Positions 1-9,078 of a stretch of 64,000 nt of DNA are shown here, piece by piece. This DNA is from an uncultured Eubacteriales bacterium (GTDB lineage Bacteria > Bacillota_I > Bacilli_A > RF39 > UBA660). The position numbers and the translations under genes are program-made. Numbering within the stretch: position 1 is the stretch's first letter; every line of letters begins with the position of its first letter. The notes beneath the pieces were generated by a model that searched no databases, was not told the DNA's origin, and was given only the letters and a program-made list of their open reading frames with translations. The stretch spans positions 718 to 64,717 of the forward strand of contig ONQM01000006.1 of the NCBI GenBank assembly GCA_900319955.1. The letters run 5' to 3'.

Positions 1-1019
1 AAACTCTTCATACAGCATTTGGTGGTGAAGCCGTTATTAATGTAGATAATACTATATCACTTGATGGTACTAAATACATGAATAAATATAGTGATGTATC
101 TAATTTAGAAAATGAAGTATTAGAAACTCATACTGATTTTTTAAATTATGAATGGAATAACAAATTACATAATGAATGGAAAAATAGAAAATATAATGGT
201 AATAATGCTTACTTAAAAAGTTTAGAAAATTATACTGAATATGATTTCATAAATGAACATTTAGGATATAGATACTTGTTAAACAATTATAATATAGAAA
301 ATATAAATAATAATTTAAATATAGATTTAGAAATTGCTAATACTGGATTTTCTAATATAAAAAAGAATAAGAATATAGAAATATTAATAACAGATTTAGA
401 TAATAACATAATTTATGATTATAATTTAAATTATGATATAAAAAATATATTAGGTAATGATATAGATAATATAAAATTTAATATAAATCCTAAAATAGAT
501 GATGGTAATTATAAAATGTTTATTAGACTCTCTTCAGGAATCCTTAATAATGGAAGAATGTATTTACCAGTTAAATTTGCTAATAAAGATATTTGGAATG
601 ATGAATTAGAAGCTAATTATATAGGGAAGTTTAACTATAAAAGAGAAGTAAAGAGTAACCCTAAAAGTAATAATGAAAATATTAGTAATAATACTAATAC
701 AAATTATAATAATAACTATACTAATAAAGAAAGTAATGAAAATAGAGTAAATAAAGAAAAGAGTAGTAATAACACAAGCACCAATAATGTAGCTACTAAT
801 GATTCATCTTATAAAGACACATTAGTAGAAAGCTATGATACTACTAGTACATATGATAAAGAAGACTATAATAATGTAAAATCTTTTAATGAAAAGAATA
901 ATATCACAAAAGAAAAAGAAAGTAAGGTAAATAAAATAATTTATTTTGTAATTTCATCTATTCTTTTATTTGGAATTGGTGTAATATTATATGTGTATAG
1001 AAAATTCTGGGAGGTTTAA
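1..1019 (+). CDS. Asn-rich protein with a C-terminal TM anchor. Reading frame 3 stays open back to nt 3, so the gene is probably 5'-truncated by the window edge
   Basis: The ORF track starts at 78, but the in-frame translation TLHTAFGGEAVINVDNTISLDGTKYM upstream has no stop. The body is low-complexity N/K/Y-rich. The C-terminal hydrophobic helix IIYFVISSILLFGIGVILYVY is followed by RKF. Confidence 0.45.
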   Translation, partial: TLHTAFGGEAVINVDNTISLDGTKYMNKYSDVSNLENEVLETHTDFLNYEWNNKLHNEWKNRKYNGNNAYLKSLENYTEYDFINEHLGYRYLLNNYNIENINNNLNIDLEIANTGFSNIKKNKNIEILITDLDNNIIYDYNLNYDIKNILGNDIDNIKFNINPKIDDGNYKMFIRLSSGILNNGRMYLPVKFANKDIWNDELEANYIGKFNYKREVKSNPKSNNENISNNTNTNYNNNYTNKESNENRVNKEKSSNNTSTNNVATNDSSYKDTLVESYDTTSTYDKEDYNNVKSFNEKNNITKEKESKVNKIIYFVISSILLFGIGVILYVYRKFWEV

Positions 1020-1025
1020 TTTTAA

Positions 1026-1910
1026 ATGAATAATGATAAATTAATTGATTTAGGTAATTCTAATTTTGTTTATACAAAAAGTGAAACAAATAATTCTAAA
1101 CATAGTGGAGAGTCTTATATACTAGATTTAGATACTCCAAACATTTTAAAATTTTCATCAGGCACTGATATTAAATTAATAAAAAAAGTAAGTGATGATG
1201 AAATAGTTGTTGTTCTTTCTAATTCACGTGATACAAACTATAAAAAAAATGATAATGATTTTAAACATTATAAATTAAATAAGAATGGAATAAAAGAAAT
1301 ATATAGTTGTACATTTAATCCAGGAAAAATAATTAATCCAAGAGAAATAATAGTTAGAAATACAAATACTTTTCTACTTACAAATGCTGATAGAAAAACA
1401 TGTGCATATAATTCAGATTTAAAAACTAATATAGAAGCAGATAGAATTGAAAAAAAGATAATTAAAAATGAAAGCGAAGAAAAAGAAATACTTGATGCAA
1501 CATCTTATATAAAAAGGGGAAATATATCAGATATGATTAAATTCTATATTGATCCTAAAAGCTTTGATGTAAAAGGATTTTATTCAAGAATTATTGACTC
1601 ATTTAAATTTTATACCGATCCAAATAGTCTTGATATAAAAGGATTTAATCTTAATATTGAAGATATTAATAAAATATGTAATAGTGATGCAACATTTATA
1701 CCAGTATATACAGAAAAAGAATTAAATGATGATGAAGAATATAAAAAAATAGAGACTAAAGGTGAAAAATTTAAATATAGACTTAAAAAAACTTATGATA
1801 ATAAAATAGAAAAATACTTAAATATACTTCATATGATGGAAAAAACAGATTCTTATGAAAGAGAAAGTAAAGCTGAAAAAATACTTACTTTAAAGTATTT
1901 TAATAAATAG
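1026..1910 (+). CDS. hypothetical protein, probably cytoplasmic. It contains an internal duplicated motif, KFYIDPKSFDVKGFY and KFYTDPNSLDIKGFN
   Basis: The ORF abuts the upstream gene and has a downstream RBS context. I recognise no family. Confidence 0.4.
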   Translation: MNNDKLIDLGNSNFVYTKSETNNSKHSGESYILDLDTPNILKFSSGTDIKLIKKVSDDEIVVVLSNSRDTNYKKNDNDFKHYKLNKNGIKEIYSCTFNPGKIINPREIIVRNTNTFLLTNADRKTCAYNSDLKTNIEADRIEKKIIKNESEEKEILDATSYIKRGNISDMIKFYIDPKSFDVKGFYSRIIDSFKFYTDPNSLDIKGFNLNIEDINKICNSDATFIPVYTEKELNDDEEYKKIETKGEKFKYRLKKTYDNKIEKYLNILHMMEKTDSYERESKAEKILTLKYFNK

Positions 1911-1920
1911 GAGAGAGTTT

Positions 1921-3531
1921 ATGGAAAATAATAAAAAGAATAAAAAGATAGTAATTATATCATTTTTCGTAATACTTGCACTTATTTGTTCACTTGGATT
2001 ATTTATATATATGACAAGTGTATCTGAAAGTAATAAGACTATAGATAATAAAACATATAATAAAGGCAAAAAGATAGATTTAAATAAATGTTTAGATGAT
2101 AGTGATAGTGTATTTAAATTAGACAGCAATAAAATAGATGGACTTTCTATATCCTATGATGACAATAAAGTTTATTTAAATATTGATGCTAGTAAGTTTT
2201 CTAATAATGTATTAAGTACTAATGAAAAATACGAAATAAGTGGAATAAGTAAGAAAGATATAAAAGAATATTTAATAGATGGAATAGGACAGGATTATAA
2301 GGGTACTATAATATTCTTTTTAACAAAGGATGGAACTATTAAATATTTTAAACTGTTTAAGACTATTAATAATAATTTAAATTTAATAAATAATAAATTT
2401 AATGTAGAAGATGTTTATGGCTTAAAAAATATTATAAAATTATATGGAGCTTCTGTAACACTTAAAAAAGGAATTGGAGGATACCACACAACCCTTGCAT
2501 CTTTAAATGATGGATCATTTTATAATTTAGCAAAAGAAATAGATAAAATTCCAGATACGTCAAAATGTTTAAATGATAATGAAACTAATTTTAGCAATTT
2601 AAATGATACTAATTATATAGATGGACTTTCTGTGTCATATAATAATGATGATGTTTATTTAAATATTGATAATAGTAAGACAACTAATAACACTATTTTC
2701 TTCAAAAGTGGTGCATACAAAGTTAATAATATAAGTGAAAAAGAAATAAAGAAAGTATTTATTGGGGGAATAGGACAGGATATGTCTGGAACTATTATTA
2801 CATTCTTAACAAATGATGGTAATATTAAATACTTTAGATTATTTATGAATTTAAATTCTTATAACACATTAGATGGAACATTTAATGCTATTTCAGTAGA
2901 TAACTTAAAGAATATTAATAATTTATATAGTGCTAATGCTTATACAAAAGGTGAGGGTGCAACTGGATACACTACAATACTTGCAAGCCTAAAAGATGGA
3001 TCATTTTATAATTTATCAAAAGTAATTAATATAGAAGAAACAAAAGAAATAGATTTAACTAAATGTTTAAACGATAATAAAGAAATGAATTATTCTAATT
3101 TAAGACAAGATACTGGTGATTATGGTGCAAATGTCACATATAGTGGGGATACAGTTAATATTGAAATAAATAATAGTAAACTTTCAAATAATGCAGCAAG
3201 TATAAAAGATGGAGTATATAAAGTAAATGGTATTACTAAAAGTGAAATAAAGAAATATTATGTATCTGATATTGGACAAGATTACACAGGAGATACTATT
3301 TTCTTCTTAACAAATAATAATGAAGTTAAATATGTCAAATTAATCAACTCATATAACTTAAATATTAATAATGGATCTTTTACAGCATTAAAATTAAATG
3401 GTATTTCTAATGTTATTGATTTTTATACATCAGATGCAACATATAAAAACAATATGTTAGGTGGACATATGACAGTACTTGCAAGCCTACAAGATGGATC
3501 ATTTTATAATTTAGAGAAAAATATAAATTAA
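1921..3531 (+). CDS. N-terminally membrane-anchored protein carrying three tandem repeats of about 165 aa from an unknown domain
   Basis: There is an N-terminal TM segment, IVIISFFVILALICSLGLFIY. The repeat unit is roughly KCLNDN..YIDGLSVSY.DD.VYLNID.SK...GIGQD..GTIIFFLT.DG.IKYF.LF...TLASL.DGSFYNL, seen three times with about 50% identity. An RBS, ggagag, lies before the ATG. Confidence 0.55.
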   Translation: MENNKKNKKIVIISFFVILALICSLGLFIYMTSVSESNKTIDNKTYNKGKKIDLNKCLDDSDSVFKLDSNKIDGLSISYDDNKVYLNIDASKFSNNVLSTNEKYEISGISKKDIKEYLIDGIGQDYKGTIIFFLTKDGTIKYFKLFKTINNNLNLINNKFNVEDVYGLKNIIKLYGASVTLKKGIGGYHTTLASLNDGSFYNLAKEIDKIPDTSKCLNDNETNFSNLNDTNYIDGLSVSYNNDDVYLNIDNSKTTNNTIFFKSGAYKVNNISEKEIKKVFIGGIGQDMSGTIITFLTNDGNIKYFRLFMNLNSYNTLDGTFNAISVDNLKNINNLYSANAYTKGEGATGYTTILASLKDGSFYNLSKVINIEETKEIDLTKCLNDNKEMNYSNLRQDTGDYGANVTYSGDTVNIEINNSKLSNNAASIKDGVYKVNGITKSEIKKYYVSDIGQDYTGDTIFFLTNNNEVKYVKLINSYNLNINNGSFTALKLNGISNVIDFYTSDATYKNNMLGGHMTVLASLQDGSFYNLEKNIN

Positions 3532-3612
3532 CTATACGTAAAAAGAAAATATTTTCTTTTAAAAGTTAAGAATATTTGTTATAATTTTATTAGAATAAAG
3601 GGATGTGTTTTT

Positions 3613-5394
3613 ATGAATAACGATAATAAGCTTTATATATTTAAGTTTAGTGCAACAGACTTTGCAAATAAGAAAGCATCAGGCTTTCTTTTAGCAACTT
3701 CTAAAGATGAGTGTGAACTTGTTTTGAGTGTACTTGGATATAAGAATTCATCTGTTAAACCTATTGGAAAAAATGAAAAGCAACCTGATTTAAAGAAGAA
3801 AGTTGACACAAAAGAGCTTGTTAATGATTTTTCTACACTTTCAAATGATCTTGCTGGTAACAAGAGCTTACTTGATAGTATAGTTGATACTTCTCACAAA
3901 TCTAAAAATAACAAAGAAATATTTGAACAGATGACATATTTTATTTATAGAGGAGATACACTTGCAGGTGCTATGAAGAAGATGGGAGATGCATTCCCAA
4001 AAGAAATAATAGACGAAATAAGTTTAGGTGAACTTTCTGATGATCTTTCAAATCACTTAAATGTCATTATAAATAAATATGGATCAACTAAGAATATAAA
4101 AGAACAAGATAGTGGAGAAGAAGAAGAAATAGAAGGCATTGATATTCATGATGACTCAGAAAAAATAGCAGAAGACTATAAAAAAAGAATGTATCCTTTT
4201 AAGTATACTGCAATAGATGAAAATGGAAAGAAAAAAACTGGATACTTTGATGCAGAATCAATTGATGATTGTACACACTTTCTAGAGCACTCTGGTTTTA
4301 CTAAAATACACGTTGAGCCAAGAAAAAGTTATGATGTACAAATAATTCTTAATAATAAAATAAATTTATCATCAATTGCATTTGACTTAACACAATTATC
4401 TACTTACCTAAAAGCAGGTATTCCTCTTGTTGATGCAGTTGACATACTTGCAAAGCAAACAACTAACATTGTAAATAAAACTGCCTATAGTAGACTTGAA
4501 TATGATCTTTTAAAGGGTGATAACTTATCAACTGCAATGCTTCATCAAGGCGATGTTTTTCCAAAACTATTAATTAATATGATAAAATCTGCTGAAATGA
4601 CTGGAGATTTATCATCAGTCTTAGATGATATGGCAGAGTATTATGAAGATGCTGCACAGACTAAAAAGTCAATTAAAAGTGCAATGACATATCCACTTTT
4701 CGTACTTTTGCTAGCAGTAGTTGTTCTTGTATTCATGCTTCTTGAAATAGTACCTCAGTTTGTAACTCTTTATCAAACAAATGATGCAGAACTACCTGCA
4801 ATTACAACTTTTGTTATGAATGCAAGTGATAACTTAGTTAACAACTGGATGTATATTTTAATAGGAATAGTATCTGTTGTAACAGTGTTTATTGTATGCT
4901 ACAAAAATATAAGAAATTTTAGAAAAGGCATTCAAACATTTTTAATGCATGTACCTGGTATTGGAAAATTAATTATATATAATGAAGTATATAACTTTAC
5001 AAAAACATTTGCATCACTTATAAACCATGGAGTATTTATAACAGATAGTATGCAAATTTTATCAAATATCTCAACTAATGAAGTTTATAAAGATTTAATT
5101 AAAAAGACTATGATAAATCTTGCTAAAGGAAATAAAATATCAGATTCATTTAAAAATGAATGGGCATTTCCAATGGTTGCTTACCACATGTTAGTAACAG
5201 GTGAATCAACTGGTCAGCTTGGTCTAATGATGGAAAAAGTATCAGAACATTATAAACAACTATATAAATCAATGACAGATCAATTTAAGAGTATGATTGA
5301 GCCTATCATGATTGTTTTTGTTGCAGGAATCGTTGGAGTAATACTATTATCAATAGTAACACCAATGTTTGGTATGTATGATCAAATAAAATAG
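3613..5394 (+). CDS. pilC: type IV pilus inner-membrane platform protein PilC (GspF family), with an extended N-terminus
   Basis: There are two T2SS-F-like domains, LSTYLKAGIPLVDAVDIL... and ...GVFITDSMQIL..., and three TM segments. There are two copies of the PilC N-terminal FKY.AID..GK motif: FKFSATDFANKKASGF and FKYTAIDENGKKKTGYFDAES. Confidence 0.85.
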   Translation: MNNDNKLYIFKFSATDFANKKASGFLLATSKDECELVLSVLGYKNSSVKPIGKNEKQPDLKKKVDTKELVNDFSTLSNDLAGNKSLLDSIVDTSHKSKNNKEIFEQMTYFIYRGDTLAGAMKKMGDAFPKEIIDEISLGELSDDLSNHLNVIINKYGSTKNIKEQDSGEEEEIEGIDIHDDSEKIAEDYKKRMYPFKYTAIDENGKKKTGYFDAESIDDCTHFLEHSGFTKIHVEPRKSYDVQIILNNKINLSSIAFDLTQLSTYLKAGIPLVDAVDILAKQTTNIVNKTAYSRLEYDLLKGDNLSTAMLHQGDVFPKLLINMIKSAEMTGDLSSVLDDMAEYYEDAAQTKKSIKSAMTYPLFVLLLAVVVLVFMLLEIVPQFVTLYQTNDAELPAITTFVMNASDNLVNNWMYILIGIVSVVTVFIVCYKNIRNFRKGIQTFLMHVPGIGKLIIYNEVYNFTKTFASLINHGVFITDSMQILSNISTNEVYKDLIKKTMINLAKGNKISDSFKNEWAFPMVAYHMLVTGESTGQLGLMMEKVSEHYKQLYKSMTDQFKSMIEPIMIVFVAGIVGVILLSIVTPMFGMYDQIK

Positions 5395-5410
5395 AAAGGA
5401 AGAGATAAAT

Positions 5411-6175
5411 ATGAACACAATATACATACTCTTCTTTTTCATTTTAGGTAGTATTTTAGGATCTTTTTATGCAGTAGTTGGAGAGCGTCTTCCTAAAAAA
5501 GAAAATTTTATAAATTCTAGATCACATTGTGATAGTTGTAATCATACACTTAAATTTATTGATATGATACCAATAATTTCATATATCATATATAAAGGAA
5601 AATGTAAGTACTGTGGCAAGAAAATACCTAAACTTCTATTTGTTTCAGAGCTTGGAACAGGCATTTTATTTGCAGTTTCATTTTATAGTTTTGGATTTAG
5701 TTTAGACTTGCTAATAGCACTAGGCACTGTATCACTTTTTATAATAGTACTCGTTAGTGACTTAACATATCTTGTAATACCAGATGAAGTATTAATATTT
5801 TTTGGAATATATTTTATAATGCTTGATTTATTAAAGTATGGGCTTTCTGGAACATCAAGAAAAATAGTAGGAGCATTTTTCTTATTTCTTCTAATGTATT
5901 CGATATCACTACTTGGAAAAGCAATATTTAAAAAAGATGCATTAGGTGGAGGAGATATTAAACTAATGTTTATATTTGGGTTGGTACTAGAGCCAATTTT
6001 AGGGGTATTAGTAATCTTTATAGGAAGTTTAATAGCACTTCCAGTTGCAATATATATACTAAAAAAGAATAAAGATCATGTAGTTCCTTATGGACCATTT
6101 TTAACGCTTGCATTCTTAATTATTTATTTTAGTAAGATAAATGTAAAAGACATAATTAATTTTTTAACAATATAA
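5411..6175 (+). CDS. pilD: prepilin peptidase (A24 family)
   Basis: An N-terminal zinc-ribbon CDSCNH..CKYCGKK is present. The protein is polytopic, with the Asp-containing motifs LTYLVIPDEV and GGGDIKLM typical of PilD/ComC. Confidence 0.85.
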   Translation: MNTIYILFFFILGSILGSFYAVVGERLPKKENFINSRSHCDSCNHTLKFIDMIPIISYIIYKGKCKYCGKKIPKLLFVSELGTGILFAVSFYSFGFSLDLLIALGTVSLFIIVLVSDLTYLVIPDEVLIFFGIYFIMLDLLKYGLSGTSRKIVGAFFLFLLMYSISLLGKAIFKKDALGGGDIKLMFIFGLVLEPILGVLVIFIGSLIALPVAIYILKKNKDHVVPYGPFLTLAFLIIYFSKINVKDIINFLTI

Positions 6176-6204
6176 TAGGTTTGATACCTATTTTTTTCTT
6201 TGAT

Positions 6205-6342
6205 TTATTTGACAGTATGAGCATTTTATGATATCATCAATATGTTTGAAGCCTCTCTTCAAACCGCATTGAAAAGGTTATAAAACTATTACTAGTACCT
6301 TAAAAGCGAGTCTTAAAGTATTAAAAAAAAGGAGGTATATGA
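6205..6342 (+). promoter_or_regulatory. sigma-A promoter (TTGACA, 17 nt spacer, TATCAT) plus a structured leader hairpin ahead of rplU. This is consistent with the Firmicute L21 autoregulatory leader
   Basis: ttgacagtatgagcattttatgatatcat is followed by a hairpin tttgaagcctctcttcaaa and then a strong RBS, aaggaggt. Confidence 0.45.
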
Positions 6343-6645
6343 ATGAAAGCTGTTATAAAAGTTGGTGGAAAGCAATATTACGTAGCAGAGGGCGATGAAA
6401 TTTATGTTGAAAAACTTAATGCAGAAGCTGGATCAACTGTTGAATTTAATGAAGTATTAATGCTTGATAGCAAAGTTGGTAACCCTTATGTAAATGGTGC
6501 TAAAGTTCTTGGTGAAGTTGTAAAAAATGGTAAAAACAAGAAAATAACAATCTTTAAATATCATAATAAAACAACTTCAAGTCGTAGAAAACAAGGACAT
6601 AGACAACCATACACTAAAATTAAAATTACTAAGATTGAAGCATAA
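6343..6645 (+). CDS. rplU: 50S ribosomal protein L21
   Basis: [25 protein letters not shown] is the canonical L21 N-terminus. Confidence 0.95.
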   Translation: MKAVIKVGGKQYYVAEGDEIYVEKLNAEAGSTVEFNEVLMLDSKVGNPYVNGAKVLGEVVKNGKNKKITIFKYHNKTTSSRRKQGHRQPYTKIKITKIEA

Positions 6646-6647
6646 TT

Positions 6648-6956
6648 ATGATAAAAGTAACTATTAAAGAAAAAAATGATAATATCGATAAAATTACTAT
6701 AAAAGGTCATGCACTTTTTGATGACTATGGTAAAGATATTGTCTGTAGTGCAGTAAGCAGTATAGTAACAACTACTATAAACTGTGTACTTGCTTTAAAA
6801 GAAGATGGTTTAAAGTATAACTCTAAAGAAGGATTTGTAGAGATTACTGATATAAAAGGAGAAAGTTCCTTTAAACTTATTAACGTAATGATAACAATGC
6901 TTAAAGAGTTAGAAAATAACTATCCTTCAAATATTAAAATAGGGAAGGAGTGTTAA
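6648..6956 (+). CDS. prp: ribosomal-processing cysteine protease Prp (YsxB family)
   Basis: A roughly 100-aa ORF lies between rplU and rpmA. Its conserved position and [11 protein letters not shown] motif match the Prp His/Cys dyad context. Confidence 0.85.
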   Translation: MIKVTIKEKNDNIDKITIKGHALFDDYGKDIVCSAVSSIVTTTINCVLALKEDGLKYNSKEGFVEITDIKGESSFKLINVMITMLKELENNYPSNIKIGKEC

Positions 6957-6957
6957 T

Positions 6958-7242
6958 ATGACATTTATGCATCTTAATATACAATTATTTGCACATCATA
7001 AAGGACAAGGTTCTACTTCAAATGGTCGTGATTCTGCAGGACGCAGATTAGGTGCTAAAGCTGGCGATGGTGAGTTTGTTAGTGCTGGCTCTATTCTTTA
7101 TCGTCAAAGAGGAACAAAGATTTTTCCTGGTAACAATGTAAGAAGAGGAAATGATGATACACTTTTTGCAACAGTATCAGGAACAGTTAAATTTGAACGT
7201 TTAGGTAGAAATAAAAAACAAGTATCTGTATATGCTAAATAA
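6958..7242 (+). CDS. rpmA: 50S ribosomal protein L27, with a cleavable N-terminal extension
   Basis: [22 protein letters not shown] is the L27 core. The preceding [12 protein letters not shown] matches the Firmicute Prp cleavage motif, cut after FA. Confidence 0.95.
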   Translation: MTFMHLNIQLFAHHKGQGSTSNGRDSAGRRLGAKAGDGEFVSAGSILYRQRGTKIFPGNNVRRGNDDTLFATVSGTVKFERLGRNKKQVSVYAK

Positions 7243-7244
7243 GA

Positions 7245-7270
7245 GCTTTTTAGGTGAGCTCTTTTTTTCT
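7245..7270 (+). terminator. rho-independent terminator after rpmA
   Basis: The hairpin is gagctttttaggtgagctc, followed by ttttttt. Confidence 0.6.
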
Positions 7271-7341
7271 TTATTATAATTTAACCACACAGGGTTAAAG
7301 AAATCATCAAAAATATCTAAAATTAATCTGGGTGATTCTTT

Positions 7342-7581
7342 ATGAAAATTGCTGAGGCTATATCTAAAAGATTATTAAATATTTGTAATGAAAGAAATAT
7401 GTCTATAAATAAACTTGCATCTATTTCATGTTTAACTCAAAGTGCAGTTGAAAATATAATATCATGTAATTCTCGTAATCCTAAAATATTAACAATATTT
7501 AGAATATGTGATGGACTTGGTATTAGTTTAAAAGAATTCTTTGATGATGATCTATTTGAAAATATTAATAGAGAAGACTAA
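7342..7581 (+). CDS. XRE-family helix-turn-helix transcriptional regulator
   Basis: The HTH pattern NMSINKLASISCLTQSAVENI is present. Confidence 0.7.
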   Translation: MKIAEAISKRLLNICNERNMSINKLASISCLTQSAVENIISCNSRNPKILTIFRICDGLGISLKEFFDDDLFENINRED

Positions 7582-7645
7582 TTATACTTAAAATATCAAA
7601 TAAATTATGTTATTATATTATTATAAACATTTGAAGGTGATATAA

Positions 7646-8284
7646 TTGACATTTTTATATGATGGTATTTATTATGATGTAATAGTAGATAAAAAAGCAT
7701 CTACTAAGAATACATATATTAGAGTAAAAGATGATCTAAATATATATGTTACAACAAATATATTTACAAGTGATAGATATATAGAAAAACTTCTTAAAGA
7801 TAATTATAAATCTATTTGTAAAATGATTGATAAAGAAGCAATTAAAATAGATAATAATAGTGATTTTAATTATTTAGGTAGAAGCTATAAAATAGTTTAT
7901 GGTGATTACAAAAATATTACATTTAATGATGATAAAGTATATATAAGTAAAGACTTTGATATAGATAAATGGTATAAAAAAGAAGCTAAAAAGTTATTTT
8001 TAGAGCACTTAAATTATTATTATGATAGATTTTCTAGGAATATTCCATATCCACCTTTAAGAATTAGAAAAATGACAACTAGATGGGGAGTATGTAATAC
8101 TAAAAGTCATGTAATAACACTTAATTTAGAATTAATAAAAAGAGATACCAAATATCTGGATTATGTAATATGTCATGAGCTTTCTCATTTAGTTGTTGCA
8201 AATCATTCTAAAGCTTTCTGGAGCGTTGTTGGAGAAAACTACCCTTATTATAAAGAAGCAAGAAGAGACATGAGACTTTTTTAA
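7646..8284 (+). CDS. M48/WLM-like zinc metallohydrolase (YgjP/DUF45 family), starting at TTG
   Basis: The HExxH motif CHELSHLVVANHS.AFW lies near the C-terminus and is characteristic of DUF45. Confidence 0.65.
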   Translation: MTFLYDGIYYDVIVDKKASTKNTYIRVKDDLNIYVTTNIFTSDRYIEKLLKDNYKSICKMIDKEAIKIDNNSDFNYLGRSYKIVYGDYKNITFNDDKVYISKDFDIDKWYKKEAKKLFLEHLNYYYDRFSRNIPYPPLRIRKMTTRWGVCNTKSHVITLNLELIKRDTKYLDYVICHELSHLVVANHSKAFWSVVGENYPYYKEARRDMRLF

Positions 8285-8395
8285 AAAGATATGATAATAT
8301 ATAACTGCAGGTTTAATTATGATTGAATATTGCAAAAAAGAAGAAGGTATAATTGAAAGCAATAGATAAGTATATTGAGAAGAAAAAAAATATTA

Positions 8396-8421
8396 GCATC
8401 TAGTCTCCTAGATGCTTTTAT
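8396..8421 (+). terminator. rho-independent terminator
   Basis: The hairpin is gcatctag-tctc-ctagatgc, followed by ttttat. Confidence 0.45.
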
Positions 8422-8445
8422 AGTATCATATTTGAGCTAATGCCT

Positions 8446-8480
8446 TGATTTTTAAAGGAATTTGTGGTATAATCTACTAA
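8446..8480 (+). promoter_or_regulatory. sigma-A type promoter, copy 1 of a duplicated promoter module
   Basis: TTGATTTTTAAAGGAATTTGTGGTATAAT, with a -35 TTGATT and an extended -10 TGGTATAAT. Confidence 0.5.
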
Positions 8481-8496
8481 CAATTGATGAGGGGGA

Positions 8497-9024
8497 ATGG
8501 TTATGGATATTAATATGTATAATGTATTTATGAAATTATCAAATGGTATTGAAAATGATAATAATCCTTATAAATATTTAGGATTAAAAGAAGGATCAAG
8601 TATTGAAGAGTGTTATGATGCTTATAATTTTATTAATGCTTCTTTAATAACTCTATATGAAAGAATACCATCAATTAGAAATGAATATATAAATATGACA
8701 AAGAATTTAGATGTAGCATATAATTATATTTCACATGATAAAAAAGAAATAGATGAAAATAAAGAAGAAAAAATTAACATTTATGATATATTTAGAAAGC
8801 TAAATAAGAATAATTCTGATTCACCTTATGATTATTTAGGTGTTGATTCTAATGCATCAGAATATAAATGTACTTTCTATTATAATAGAATAAAAAACGA
8901 AATAATAAAATTTTATAAGAAAAATAAGCCATTAGAAGATGTATGTATTAGAATGCTTGGAAGTTTAGAAAACGCATATGGTGAAGCAATATCTAATAAA
9001 GATTCATCTGCACTAAAAAAATAA
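8497..9024 (+). CDS. hypothetical protein with two degenerate J-domain-like PY.YLG motifs and no HPD
   Basis: NPYKYLGLKEGSSIEE and SPYDYLGVDSNASEYK recur about 95 aa apart. Confidence 0.45.
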   Translation: MVMDINMYNVFMKLSNGIENDNNPYKYLGLKEGSSIEECYDAYNFINASLITLYERIPSIRNEYINMTKNLDVAYNYISHDKKEIDENKEEKINIYDIFRKLNKNNSDSPYDYLGVDSNASEYKCTFYYNRIKNEIIKFYKKNKPLEDVCIRMLGSLENAYGEAISNKDSSALKK

Positions 9025-9028
9025 TTCT

Positions 9029-9063
9029 TGAAAGCATTGATTTTTAAAGGACTTTGAGGTATA
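9029..9063 (+). promoter_or_regulatory. sigma-A type promoter, copy 2 of the duplicated module
   Basis: TTGATTTTTAAAGGACTTTGAGGTATAAT is nearly identical to the 8446-8480 module. Confidence 0.5.
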
Positions 9064-9078
9064 ATAAGTGACGTTATC

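Noticed and set aside
1890-2129. Minus-strand 79-aa hydrophobic ORF overlapping the 1921 gene start
   Set aside because: It is antisense to the N-terminal TM region of a better-supported plus-strand gene. A hydrophobic mirror frame is a common artefact.
3633-3863. Minus-strand 76-aa ORF at the pilC 5' end
   Set aside because: It is embedded antisense in pilC, with no independent support.
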